Part shown: piece after piece, positions 1 to 9,526 of the stretch
Layout: each line of letters begins with the position of its first letter
Position numbering within the stretch: the stretch's first letter is position 1
NCBI GenBank assembly: GCA_041665345.1
Contig: JBAYJA010000001.1
Location: 329,206 to 393,205, forward strand
From: Patescibacteria group bacterium
GTDB lineage: Bacteria > Patescibacteriota > Patescibacteriia > PEXW01
DNA length: 64,000 bases
Reading direction: 5' to 3'
The notes under the pieces: generated by a model
What the model saw: the letters and a program-made list of their open reading frames with translations, nothing else
What the model was told of the DNA's origin: nothing
Database searches by the model: none
Translations under genes and position numbers: made by a program

Positions 1-1
1 A

Positions 2-367
2 AACACCACCTTACGCAGCGGCGAGAAAATCATAGAAATCAGTTGGCCGGGCACCGAAGGCCCGACGCCACCTGCAGGCATTCGCGAGGTTGAAGATGCG
101 TTTCGCCAGATGGCAGGCTATGTTGTTGAACATCCGGAGATAAAAGCCGTGATCGCCGTGTCCTGGATGATGTCTCGTGGTATTGCGAAGCGGTTGGGTT
201 TTCAAGTGCATCCTGAGGTGTCCATTCAGCCAGACCAGCAGAAAAGTGTCGTTGATTGGGCGACGAAAGCACGCCAAGATAAACCATACGTGAAAGGGGT
301 TGAACCAAAAGACGTGCAGCTTGGGGTCATTGCGCGGGAGGAATTTTTGCAACGGTACAACGTGTAA
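2..367 (+). CDS. hypothetical protein, 5'-truncated by window edge
   Basis: Frame of ORF 110..367 is open back to base 2; ends TAA. Confidence 0.6.
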   Translation, partial: NTTLRSGEKIIEISWPGTEGPTPPAGIREVEDAFRQMAGYVVEHPEIKAVIAVSWMMSRGIAKRLGFQVHPEVSIQPDQQKSVVDWATKARQDKPYVKGVEPKDVQLGVIAREEFLQRYNV

Positions 368-460
368 CGAGACGCACTCTCAATGCATATGAGGGCAACC
401 TAGCAGCACGGTTCCCACTTCTCAGAGAACGAGCTATACTTCTCCTAACTCGTACTAAGA

Positions 461-1000
461 ATGAGAAGTATGCACAGAATCCTAAAAAACACAGCCATTT
501 GTGTGCTTGGCCTGGTTTTTGTCGTTGGTTTGGCTGGGTGCAAATCAGCGGCGGATAACGCGGTTGAGAAGGCAATTGAGCAAACCACGGGCACGGACGC
601 TGAGGTAGATGCTAGTCAAAACAAGGTGGCAATTAACGTCAATGGAACCAGTTGGGTAACGGGTGATGCAGTGAGTTTACCCACGAATTTTCCGGAGGAT
701 ATTTACGTTGCGGAAGGAACCATCAAAGTTGCAATTGCTAGTAATGAAACCCAGGGATTTACCGTCTCACTGGAGAGCACGCAGAGTGTGGCTGATTTGA
801 AGGCTGCGTACCTTAAAGAATTGGTGGCAGATGGTTGGACAATCACCGGTTCCTACGATATCCAAGGGGCGTCTTCTGTCATGGCCACGAAAGCCAAGCG
901 GTCTACGACTATCACGCTGGGTGCAAACGAAGATAAGTCCAAAACCGTGGTGGGCATTAATACGTACACAGACACGAGCCCCGCAGCGCCGAGTAATTAG
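461..1000 (+). CDS. putative lipoprotein
   Basis: Hydrophobic signal ending in lipobox LAGC; start could be 470. Confidence 0.7.
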   Translation: MRSMHRILKNTAICVLGLVFVVGLAGCKSAADNAVEKAIEQTTGTDAEVDASQNKVAINVNGTSWVTGDAVSLPTNFPEDIYVAEGTIKVAIASNETQGFTVSLESTQSVADLKAAYLKELVADGWTITGSYDIQGASSVMATKAKRSTTITLGANEDKSKTVVGINTYTDTSPAAPSN

Positions 1001-1024
1001 CATTCTCCAAAATACAGTACATAT

Positions 1025-1702
1025 ATGCAGAAACGCATTACTATCCCAGTCGTCATCATATGTGCAATGTTCCTCACTACCGGCATTGCCCTAGCGGCTC
1101 CGCGAGACATTACCAGCAAAATTGGTGGTAAGGCGAATGAAGTCTTCAAGATTGTTGGTGGGCTCATTACCAAATCGTTGCAAGTTGATGGAAATATTCA
1201 GGTCAACGGAAATATTTACCGTGGCAAGCGAGCTGGAGCAGGGGACAAAAATCCACTAACAGTTGCTGATGATTTGAAAGTAACCGGGACTATCACCAGC
1301 GCTGGTTTAAACGTCCCCGCCACGAAGCGGTACGCTGGGACCATTGACATTGCTGCAGCTGGGGAGGTTGTGACGGAGTCATACACCACTGGTGACTGTG
1401 CGTTATTGCCCGTCACTTACCCAAAGGTGCAGCGTTTTCACTGGAAGAAAATTGCTGTCCCTGAAGCAAAAGTTGCAGCGTATCCTGACATTCGCATGTA
1501 CGTAAAAGCAAGCATTACGGCACCAGTTGCTCCGTCGGTCAATCCATTCACCGGAGTTGCGGATCTCTGGATGCCCGCAGGCAGTATCTACATGAGCCCA
1601 GGGTATGTGTACTACTTCTTCAAAGCTGTACAAGAAGCCTGCAACGGCACGCTGACGCCAAGTTATTTCACTTCGGGCGAGTATCAGATCGTGGTGCAGT
1701 AA
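1025..1702 (+). CDS. secreted hypothetical protein
   Basis: Signal peptide MQKRITIPVVIICAMFLTTGIALA; beta-rich body. Confidence 0.65.
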   Translation: MQKRITIPVVIICAMFLTTGIALAAPRDITSKIGGKANEVFKIVGGLITKSLQVDGNIQVNGNIYRGKRAGAGDKNPLTVADDLKVTGTITSAGLNVPATKRYAGTIDIAAAGEVVTESYTTGDCALLPVTYPKVQRFHWKKIAVPEAKVAAYPDIRMYVKASITAPVAPSVNPFTGVADLWMPAGSIYMSPGYVYYFFKAVQEACNGTLTPSYFTSGEYQIVVQ

Positions 1703-1773
1703 ATAGGGGATGTAAAAAAAGACGCTTGGGTAGCAGCCCTGGCGCCTTTTTTGGAATGACGTATTTCCGTACC

Positions 1774-1801
1774 TTGACGCCACGGGTAAGTTACGTAGAC
1801 T
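1774..1801 (+). promoter_or_regulatory. sigma70-type promoter
   Basis: TTGACG-16-TAGACT, then A-rich leader and AAGGAG before TTG 1847. Confidence 0.6.
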
Positions 1802-1846
1802 AAGAGTAAGCAAAAGAAAAATGAGTACTTCAACAAGGAGTTTCCT

Positions 1847-2524
1847 TTGAAAAAATGGATAGGTTTTATCGCCGTTGTCTGGTTCGTATGGCCCGTGATG
1901 CTTTTTGCAGATTTACGCATCGTCACGGTGGCAGACGATGAAACACAGGTCGACAGTACCATGGGCGTATTTGTTGCTCGAAAAATTCACCTTGAGAAGA
2001 CGCTTTGGCTAAACTTGGAGAAGCGCTGCGCACAAGTTGATACTAAACTTGGGAGTAAGGATGAGGGGTCAAGTCTCATTTTTGCAGATTCTCTGCTGGT
2101 GCAATACAGAAAATTTCAACAGTTTGAAGTCTACACTCGGACCGTCGAGCCACCATCTCAGCCCGCTCCCGAAGAGTTTTCAGGTGGTTTAGGTATACTT
2201 TCTGAGGTTACCTTTACTGTAGATACAACTGACTCGCAACAAATCATTTGCTCCTTTCTGTGTCAGCAAATCATTTCCACAAGAATTGAGGCTGAGGATA
2301 CGCTGACGCACACCGTATGGGTCACCGATGAGATTTGCCTACCTGCTTGGGTGAGCAATTTGCTTGATGTCGGACTGAAGCACCGTACGAAAGGCTTACC
2401 CCTGCGTACGATATACATTTCAAAACATCAGTACATTTTGCAAGAGGTAATCTCAGTGACGGAAGATGTGCCCCCACCCGATACATACGTCATCCCCGTA
2501 CACTACTCCGATTTTACGCAGTAA
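1847..2524 (+). CDS. secreted DUF4412-like protein
   Basis: Signal peptide; C-terminal VWVTDEI..GLPLRT..EVISV..PPPDTYVIP pattern resembles DUF4412. Confidence 0.55.
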   Translation: MKKWIGFIAVVWFVWPVMLFADLRIVTVADDETQVDSTMGVFVARKIHLEKTLWLNLEKRCAQVDTKLGSKDEGSSLIFADSLLVQYRKFQQFEVYTRTVEPPSQPAPEEFSGGLGILSEVTFTVDTTDSQQIICSFLCQQIISTRIEAEDTLTHTVWVTDEICLPAWVSNLLDVGLKHRTKGLPLRTIYISKHQYILQEVISVTEDVPPPDTYVIPVHYSDFTQ

Positions 2525-2530
2525 TTTTAT

Positions 2531-2559
2531 ACCCCGCACATTCTTGTGTGGGGTTTTTT
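2531..2559 (+). terminator. intrinsic terminator
   Basis: ACCCCGCACA-ttct-TGTGTGGGGT followed by T-tract. Confidence 0.75.
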
Positions 2560-2615
2560 AAACTTTACCTTTGGGTGTATAATTCTGTTATTCAAAAATT
2601 CTAACACCAACGTCC

Positions 2616-3407
2616 ATGAAAATGCCAAGCCTCACCACCCAAGCAACCAAACTCCATCGCCTTCGCCGGTTTAACGGCGTCATGGCCATTTTGCACTTGG
2701 CGCAGGGTTTCCTCATGCTCTTCCTCAGCAGCGACTTTAGCTTGCCCCTGACCACGGCGTACGTGGAGATGGACAGGACGACAAACCTGCTGACCCCAGT
2801 ACTGAAGACTATTGGAGAGTGGCGCATTGGGCCGCTTGTCGCAGGCTTCTTGTTTTTGTCAGCGATCGCGCACGCGCTCATTGCCTTTGTGCCAGGAATC
2901 AACAAGTGGTACAACGAGAATCTCGCAAAGGGCATTAATCCTGCCCGATGGATTGAGTATGCCTTTTCTAGTTCACTGATGATGGTTGTGGTGGTCATGC
3001 TCACAGGCATGTACGACGTGAGTAGTCTGTTGCTCATCTTCTTCCTGAACATGATGATGATCCTCTTCGGCTGGGTTATGGAACTACACAACCAGACCAC
3101 GAAGAAAACAGATTGGACCAGTTACATCTTTGGATGTCTCGCCGGTGCAATCCCGTGGATTGTCGTGGCGCTCTATTTATTCAACGCCGGCGGAGAAGCT
3201 GGACGTGCCCCAACCTTCGTGTACTGGATTTTCTTCTCCATCTTCCTGTTCTTCAATGTCTTTGCGGTGAACATGATTTTGCAGTACAAAAAAGTTGGGA
3301 AGTGGAAAGACTACCTCTACGGCGAGCGAGCCTACATCATCTTGAGTTTGGTCGCCAAGTCCCTGCTGGCCTGGCAGGTCTTTGCTGGTACCCTGCGACC
3401 AGTGTGA
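2616..3407 (+). CDS. heR: heliorhodopsin
   Basis: LRRFN..LHLAQ, INPARWIEYAFSSSLM and retinal-lysine motif SLVAKSLLAW; about 7 TM segments. Confidence 0.95.
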   Translation: MKMPSLTTQATKLHRLRRFNGVMAILHLAQGFLMLFLSSDFSLPLTTAYVEMDRTTNLLTPVLKTIGEWRIGPLVAGFLFLSAIAHALIAFVPGINKWYNENLAKGINPARWIEYAFSSSLMMVVVVMLTGMYDVSSLLLIFFLNMMMILFGWVMELHNQTTKKTDWTSYIFGCLAGAIPWIVVALYLFNAGGEAGRAPTFVYWIFFSIFLFFNVFAVNMILQYKKVGKWKDYLYGERAYIILSLVAKSLLAWQVFAGTLRPV

Positions 3408-3419
3408 TAATAGTTTTCT

Positions 3420-3788
3420 ATGGATGATCTTCAACCTGTCCAATCTTTACCAAAAAAGAGACATCTGCTCCGCTTACTATTCCTCAGTATTCTTGGAGTT
3501 GTTTGTATTGCCGCATTGCTGGGGGTAATGTATTGGAAGGATGTTTTTCCTTTCAACCTGCGCAATAGCATAGATGTAACAATTTTTGGTTTTGGGAATA
3601 ATCAAGAAATATCGACAACTTTGGGCTTAGGTGAAACAACGTGTAGTTTTTTACAAGGCGTTAGTCCCACATCACCAGTAACAACTTTTGATATTCAGGC
3701 ACAGTACGGCACAATTGGACCCAATGAATGCAGTGATAAGAACAAATTTTGCGTGCCAGGATGCGTGGCTTCGTTGGTTCAGCAGTAG
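3420..3788 (+). CDS. membrane-anchored hypothetical protein, possibly frameshifted and continuing in 3749..3934
   Basis: N-terminal TM; overlapping downstream frame reads as protein-like. Confidence 0.5.
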   Translation: MDDLQPVQSLPKKRHLLRLLFLSILGVVCIAALLGVMYWKDVFPFNLRNSIDVTIFGFGNNQEISTTLGLGETTCSFLQGVSPTSPVTTFDIQAQYGTIGPNECSDKNKFCVPGCVASLVQQ

Positions 3789-3930
3789 TAACACAAAATG
3801 AATTTGTCCATCCTTTCAAGTACACGGCACCTATGGAAATGCCGGCATCTGGTAGCGATACAGTACAAGTAGTGCTCCAAGATGAACGCGGCCATGAAGT
3901 ACGTCGGGAGTTAACTGTGCAGTTGCAGCA

Positions 3931-4569
3931 GTGAATTTTCCTACAAAACTCAGCCGGTACCCTGCGGCCGGGGTAACCACACTCCCGATACTCATCGGGG
4001 GTGCACCCTGCGCTGGGAAATCGACGCTGGCAAAAGCCCTTGCCACTGAACGTGGTTGTGAAGTTGGGCACGTCGATGATTTGAGCGACGCCTTCAAGAC
4101 GGCCAAGGAAAATGAACGCCATAAGTACCCGTGGATGTTTTCGACGTACAAAACTACGGCGGAAGAATTTTGGGAAAATCGAACACCACGTGATCTCATT
4201 GCGGTTGAAGTTGCTCAGGCGAAGGAGTACTGGCCAGAACTCAAAAGAGTTATGCAAACCGGGACGTTTGGAATTCTGGAAGGTGTCTCTATCTTGCCAG
4301 AACTTGTGTGGAAGGAGTTTGGAGCTGCTATCCGTATGGTTGTCCTTATTGATACGGATTTATTGAGAGTGCGGCAGACAATCTTTACCCGGGGGATTTG
4401 GGACGATGCCAACACCTACAGTGACTGGGTGAAAGAGAAAGAGTTAGAGTGGGTGGAATTGCACAACGCTTGGTTTCGGGAGCAAGCAAAAAAGTATCCT
4501 TACCCACTTTTTGAAGTAGGGGATCGGGGACAACTACTTGAGCAAGCAAAGACATACTTTGCTGGATGA
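3931..4569 (+). CDS. P-loop kinase (2-phosphoglycerate-kinase-like/AAA)
   Basis: Walker A ILIGGAPCAGKST; ILEGVSILP. Confidence 0.75.
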   Translation: MNFPTKLSRYPAAGVTTLPILIGGAPCAGKSTLAKALATERGCEVGHVDDLSDAFKTAKENERHKYPWMFSTYKTTAEEFWENRTPRDLIAVEVAQAKEYWPELKRVMQTGTFGILEGVSILPELVWKEFGAAIRMVVLIDTDLLRVRQTIFTRGIWDDANTYSDWVKEKELEWVELHNAWFREQAKKYPYPLFEVGDRGQLLEQAKTYFAG

Positions 4570-4636
4570 ATAATTGACACTGGGTAAAGCGTGAGCTAGG
4601 ATGGACGGAAAGACAAAAAAAGCGTAGGAGGAAAAC

Positions 4637-5122
4637 GTGAATAAATTACTGCTGACGTTTGATTTTTCGGAACGCTCGTACCAGCGCCTTGAAAAATTAG
4701 TTGAAATGAGCCAGAGTTCCAGTCTGTCATCAAGTTCGGAGAAGAAAGTTGCCGTTTTAGAAAAAGCGCTTTTCTGCTTGGATGAATTCCTGGATCGAAC
4801 ATTCGACGGGTGGGAGCTAATTGAAACGCAGAATGGCCAAGAGACGCAGATTGTGCTTAGCGATGAGAGCTTAGGGGAAACCTTCACTCTGGAAGAAGTT
4901 TTCCAGAACGGAGAGGGCCGACCCTGGCGCTGTACGCTGGGGCTTGCTCCAGAAGGCGCTCGTTTCCTTGCCGACCTCACCGTCGAGTCTAGTAGTGCGA
5001 ACCGAGCAGAGATGCTCATGAAAGCTTTGAACCTGCTTGACCATCTGCTGAATGGTCAGCTCGATGGCAAACGCTATGACTTCCGGCTGAATGATGAGCG
5101 TGCCAATTTCGAAAATCTGTAA
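4637..5122 (+). CDS. hypothetical protein with two ribbon-helix-helix-like repeats
   Basis: GTG start after AGGAGG; own promoter TTGACA(4574)-17-TAGGAT; internal repeat ending KALxxLD. Confidence 0.6.
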   Translation: MNKLLLTFDFSERSYQRLEKLVEMSQSSSLSSSSEKKVAVLEKALFCLDEFLDRTFDGWELIETQNGQETQIVLSDESLGETFTLEEVFQNGEGRPWRCTLGLAPEGARFLADLTVESSSANRAEMLMKALNLLDHLLNGQLDGKRYDFRLNDERANFENL

Positions 5123-5270
5123 GTACTTTACTCAGTCACCATGAACCGTCCACCTAGGGCGGTTCTTTTATACACCAACGTGCGGACTTGACATACTACA
5201 TTGGCAGTGGTAGGTTTCTTCATTACAACAAGAAGTAGTCAAAAAGAAACTTAAAAACCTAGGAGGATGT

Positions 5271-5525
5271 ATGGCATTAACCCAAATCTTGATTGCCCAC
5301 GAAACAGAACAGGGAGAAAAGGTTGAAGTGCCAGGGCGCATTTCAATTGAAAATGGAGCGATCTTTATCAGAATCGATGTGCCTAAGGAGGATGCAACGT
5401 TCCCAGATCGTTCTAAGGCGATCGAGAAACTGGCCAAAGACTGTGAGGCAAATGGTATCGAGCATGAGCTCCTTTTCGTCGGCCGTCTTAAGCTCCCAGA
5501 TTGCATCAAGATTTTTTGCAAGTAG
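5271..5525 (+). CDS. hypothetical protein
   Basis: AGGAGG RBS; promoter TTGACA(5188)-17-TAGGTT; terminator 5540-5569. Confidence 0.7.
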   Translation: MALTQILIAHETEQGEKVEVPGRISIENGAIFIRIDVPKEDATFPDRSKAIEKLAKDCEANGIEHELLFVGRLKLPDCIKIFCK

Positions 5526-5670
5526 TTCGGGCCAACATACCGAGGAACGTACGTTCCTCGGCTTTTTTTGTTTGCACGGGTCTGAAGTAGAGATGACTAC
5601 CCTTGACAAAAAGCCGGTTTTGCTGTAGTATCTGGGGTTAGAGAAAAATAGGCGTCTGGGATTATCTGTC

Positions 5671-6210
5671 TTGCCCGGACCGCCGCCATGCGTCAAAAGA
5701 CAGCCAACACCAACAGCGCATGGCACGGAGTCTTTCATGTTCCTTTCAAACCTATTTAATCGCCAACGCTTCGCAGCGTTGCCTGGTAGAGTCATATTAA
5801 CAATCAGGAATTGGGCAAAGCTCGTGTTGCTCAAGTCGTTAGGCGCTGAGCGTCTAAGTAAGCTCGGTTTCTGGTTTACAAAGCTGAGCGGCATATCTGA
5901 AGACCGGCCATTTGGCTGGGATTCGAATTTACGCATCACTGAGAGATTCTGGGCTTCCCCAACAGTAACTGACGGTCGGTTCTTTGAGGTGAGCGAGCCG
6001 GTGACAACATTGGCAATTCTTTCATTTTCAGCGCCCTCCACGCAGCTGGACAAGCAAACACCATTGGTGAAGGAACTCTTCAAAATCCAGGGAGTGAAGT
6101 CCATTACTATCACTCCTTATCAGATTTTAGTTCAGTGGTCAGCGGTTTTTGGGCTTAAGGAGATGTGTCCGAAAATCCATGCCGTACTTCATAAGCACCT
6201 TTCCGTCTAA
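5671..6210 (+). CDS. protein with Nfu/NifU N-terminal-like domain (start uncertain, possibly 5737)
   Basis: PLVKELFKIQGVKSITITPYQILVQ..PKIHAVL matches Nfu_N pattern; promoter TTGACA(5603)-17-TAGTAT. Confidence 0.6.
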   Translation: MPGPPPCVKRQPTPTAHGTESFMFLSNLFNRQRFAALPGRVILTIRNWAKLVLLKSLGAERLSKLGFWFTKLSGISEDRPFGWDSNLRITERFWASPTVTDGRFFEVSEPVTTLAILSFSAPSTQLDKQTPLVKELFKIQGVKSITITPYQILVQWSAVFGLKEMCPKIHAVLHKHLSV

Positions 6211-6270
6211 GTAGACAAGCAAACCCGTGTAGCCTCCTGCTGCACGGGTTTTTTCGTACTGCAAATTTTT

Positions 6271-6302
6271 TTCACACCCCCTTCACAGTGAAGGCGTACG
6301 CT
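6271..6302 (+). promoter_or_regulatory. putative OmpR-family direct-repeat box at -35 of the ABC/two-component operon
   Basis: TTCACA at 6271 and 6282 (11-bp period), then TACGCT at 6297. Confidence 0.5.
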
Positions 6303-6331
6303 TAGGGTATTCGCAATTCATTTTGACACGC

Positions 6332-7006
6332 ATGGCTGACATCATACAGGTGCACCAGGTTTCCAAAGTGTACCAGGACGGGGATCGACAGATTAAGGCG
6401 TTAGATAACATAAGCTTGAAGGTAGCAGAAGGGGAGAGTGTAGCGATTGTGGGTTCATCCGGCAGTGGGAAGTCCACCCTGCTGCAGCTGGTAGGTGGGT
6501 TGGATACGCCAACCAGCGGGGAGATTACCGTGGGTGGGCAGCAGTTAGCTGAACTCTCGGACGACAGTCTATCCACCTTCCGGAACAAGACCATTGGGTT
6601 TGTCTTCCAGTTTTTTCATTTACATGATTACCTGACTGCGCAGGAGAACGTGGCACTGCCGTTGCAACTGGGCGGGGTGCACAGCGGAGAAGCCATGCGG
6701 CAGGCCAAAGTGATGCTGCAGAAAGTGCACCTGGAAGACCGGGCCAACCACAAACCCAAGATGATGAGCGGGGGTGAAATGCAGCGGGTGGCGATTGCTC
6801 GCGCATTGGTGAACAATCCGCAGGTAATTTTGGCAGACGAGCCAACCGGGAATTTGGACAAGCAGAATGCACTCTCGGTTTTGGATGCCTTTGACGAAAT
6901 TGCGCGCTCCGGGGTGAGCGTGGTTATTATTACGCACGATGAATCTATCAAGCAGCGATTCAGCCGGGTGATCCGCTTGGACAAGGGAGCGCTGGTAAAA
7001 TTCTAA
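6332..7006 (+). CDS. ABC transporter ATP-binding protein (LolD/MacB-like)
   Basis: GSSGSGKST, MSGGEMQRVAIARAL, ILADEPTGNLD. Confidence 0.95.
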   Translation: MADIIQVHQVSKVYQDGDRQIKALDNISLKVAEGESVAIVGSSGSGKSTLLQLVGGLDTPTSGEITVGGQQLAELSDDSLSTFRNKTIGFVFQFFHLHDYLTAQENVALPLQLGGVHSGEAMRQAKVMLQKVHLEDRANHKPKMMSGGEMQRVAIARALVNNPQVILADEPTGNLDKQNALSVLDAFDEIARSGVSVVIITHDESIKQRFSRVIRLDKGALVKF

Positions 7007-7010
7007 ATCT

Positions 7011-8849
7011 ATGATCTGGTCAACCATTGTTTCCCTAAACTTCAAGAAACTTCGGACGTACAAAGGCAAAGCCTTGTTTCTCATCTTGCCTGTGGCAATG
7101 CTCATGGTCGTGGGCGTAACTGTCACCAGCCAAGCCACGAATTTGTTGCACGCGGCTGAACAGCGTATCCTGGGGACTGCAAAAGAAGCAGCGCGTCTCA
7201 TTCAGCTGAGCCCCGCAGTGCAGCAGAGAACCACGTCAGGCGCGGGGGGCGGGCAGGCACAGTTCATTGGTGGTTTTGGAGAAGAGTACACGGCGAGTGA
7301 CGTGGACAAAGTTTCGGCTATCCCAAATGTATCCGCAGCCGAACTTGCGGTGGATGTGCCTGCTGGCCAAGCAACGACCAGTGATTTGCAGAACGGAAAA
7401 ACCCTTACCCTGGGTCAGCTAAAAAGCGTGGGGACAGAGGTGGCGAAGCTCTACACCAATCAAGACTTTTCCTATACAGCGGGGCAACCCATTCCTATTG
7501 TCCTCACCACCAGCAGTCTCATCCACCAGTACACAGATTGGGGCGGGAAGACGGAGGTGACGTTGGAGCTGGGTCGGCCTGGGCAGGGTCGGGGGCCGGA
7601 GCAAGCCTTGGCTTCATCGCCAATCAAGTTTGAAGCCGTGGAGCTGACCAAGGACGAGCTCATGGGCAAGGAATTTACCGTCCAGTTTGGCACCTTGGAA
7701 ACCATTCAAGACTACACGCAAGAGTTCACTGATTCGGGTTTGAAGTTTACAAAGCTCACGGACGCTGAGTTGAAAACCAAAGAAGCAGACCGAAAATCCG
7801 CGCTGAGCACGTACTGGAACTACGATGCACTAGCAAAGCCCCTGACGTATACCTTCAAAGTTGTAGGGGTGGTAGAAGTGGAAGGCAGGGGCGCGTCGTA
7901 CGTGCCCACGAACTTCGTGAATGCGTTGATGCACGATCTTATCCAAAAGCAGCTGAGCGCTCGGACGAAAACCGCTCTCCCAACAGACAAGCTGAACTCT
8001 ACCTTCACGGGCATGACCTACGACGGAGTGGAACTCGGGGGTGGCCAAGGCGGGCTCATGGGCGGTGGCATCCGCGTGGCTTTTGGCCAGCTTCGGAATG
8101 GTGCGCAGGAAACCACAGCGAGTTACGCGGTGCCTGGTTTGGTCATAAGCACCGAACGTGAGACCGGAGACGCTGATGCTTTTGCTCGCAGGTTCAGCGG
8201 AAGCGGTGGGACGGTCAAAGGTGTGGTGACGGATGCGGACGTTTTCACCAAGGCCACAGTTGCTTCGGACACCATGCTGGTGCAAATTGCCAGTGCAGAA
8301 AAACGGGCTGAGGTGGTGAAGGCCTTGAACAACGCTGGGTATGCGTACACTGATGTGAACGACTTGGAAGTGTACACGTCACTCCAAAATACCCTGTCCC
8401 GAACCGTGACCTGCGTGCTCCTTGGTTTCATTCTCATTACCGCGCTAGTGATCATTTTCACCATGGGAAAGTTCGTGGCCGAGAGCCGGAAGGAGATTGG
8501 GGTGTTCCGCGCCCTGGGCGCAACCAAGGCTAGCATCAAACAGCTGTTCCTTTCCCAAGCCGTGCTCTACACTGGGTTGGCGTATGTCGCCGGGGCGTTG
8601 CTGGGTATTGGGGTGACGCTTGGGCTTGCCAAAGCCGTGCAACTCTGGTTTGATAGGTTCGTTGGTGAGACCGTGCAGCAGACGTTCACCGTGGTGCAGC
8701 AATCCAGTGCCAACTCCTTTGCCGCGGTTGATTGGGCACGGTTTGGCTTACTCACCGGGTTGCTGTTCGTCACCACGATTATCGTGGCAATCATCCCAGC
8801 TGTCCGTGCGTCCAATGTCTCGCCAGTGCAAGCCATGAAGAGCGAATAA
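7011..8849 (+). CDS. ABC transporter permease (MacB/FtsX-like)
   Basis: N-terminal TM, large extracellular domain, ESRKEIGVFRALGA, SPVQAMK. Confidence 0.9.
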   Translation: MIWSTIVSLNFKKLRTYKGKALFLILPVAMLMVVGVTVTSQATNLLHAAEQRILGTAKEAARLIQLSPAVQQRTTSGAGGGQAQFIGGFGEEYTASDVDKVSAIPNVSAAELAVDVPAGQATTSDLQNGKTLTLGQLKSVGTEVAKLYTNQDFSYTAGQPIPIVLTTSSLIHQYTDWGGKTEVTLELGRPGQGRGPEQALASSPIKFEAVELTKDELMGKEFTVQFGTLETIQDYTQEFTDSGLKFTKLTDAELKTKEADRKSALSTYWNYDALAKPLTYTFKVVGVVEVEGRGASYVPTNFVNALMHDLIQKQLSARTKTALPTDKLNSTFTGMTYDGVELGGGQGGLMGGGIRVAFGQLRNGAQETTASYAVPGLVISTERETGDADAFARRFSGSGGTVKGVVTDADVFTKATVASDTMLVQIASAEKRAEVVKALNNAGYAYTDVNDLEVYTSLQNTLSRTVTCVLLGFILITALVIIFTMGKFVAESRKEIGVFRALGATKASIKQLFLSQAVLYTGLAYVAGALLGIGVTLGLAKAVQLWFDRFVGETVQQTFTVVQQSSANSFAAVDWARFGLLTGLLFVTTIIVAIIPAVRASNVSPVQAMKSE

Positions 8850-8854
8850 CCCAC

Positions 8855-9526
8855 ATGAAAATTCTCCTGGTGGAAGATGAAGAGAGTATCCGCGAAGTGG
8901 TGAAACGCTACTTGGAGCGCGCGGGTTTTCAGGTGGACGAAGCCGGGAGCGGACCCGTGGCTCTACTGAAAGCCAAGCAGGGATTTGATCTCATTATTTT
9001 AGATTTGAACCTGCCGAATTTGGACGGCGTGGAAGTGTGCAAGAAGATCCGTGAGACATCCAACGTCCCAATCCTCATGGCCACGGCACGGGTGGAAGAA
9101 GGCCAGGAACTTACTGGCTTGTCCGTAGGTGCGGATGACTACATCAAGAAGCCGTACTCACCCAAAGTGTTGGTGGCGCACGTCCAAGCTTTGCTCCGTC
9201 GGGCTAGCCAGCCGGGCAGCCGCAGCCGCGGGCAGGGGAGCATTACCTGTGATGACGAGCAAATGGCTTTGCGCCGCGGCGACGAAACCATTGGGCTTAC
9301 GGCCACGCAGTACCGCATTGCGCGGGCTCTGTTTACAAGCCCGGGCCGGATTTTTTCCCGCACCGAGTTGTTGGAAGCCAGCCGGAATGGGGACAGCGTA
9401 GGGGAGACCGATGAGCGGGTGATTGACGCGCATATCAAAAGTTTGCGTCGCCGCATTGAGGCAGACCAAGAGCAGCCCAAGCACATTCTCACTGTCGTGG
9501 GCGTCGGTTACAAAGCAGCTGTATGA
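8855..9526 (+). CDS. OmpR-family response regulator
   Basis: MKILLVEDE, ILDLNLP, GADDYIKKP, winged-helix TVVGVGY. Confidence 0.95.
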   Translation: MKILLVEDEESIREVVKRYLERAGFQVDEAGSGPVALLKAKQGFDLIILDLNLPNLDGVEVCKKIRETSNVPILMATARVEEGQELTGLSVGADDYIKKPYSPKVLVAHVQALLRRASQPGSRSRGQGSITCDDEQMALRRGDETIGLTATQYRIARALFTSPGRIFSRTELLEASRNGDSVGETDERVIDAHIKSLRRRIEADQEQPKHILTVVGVGYKAAV

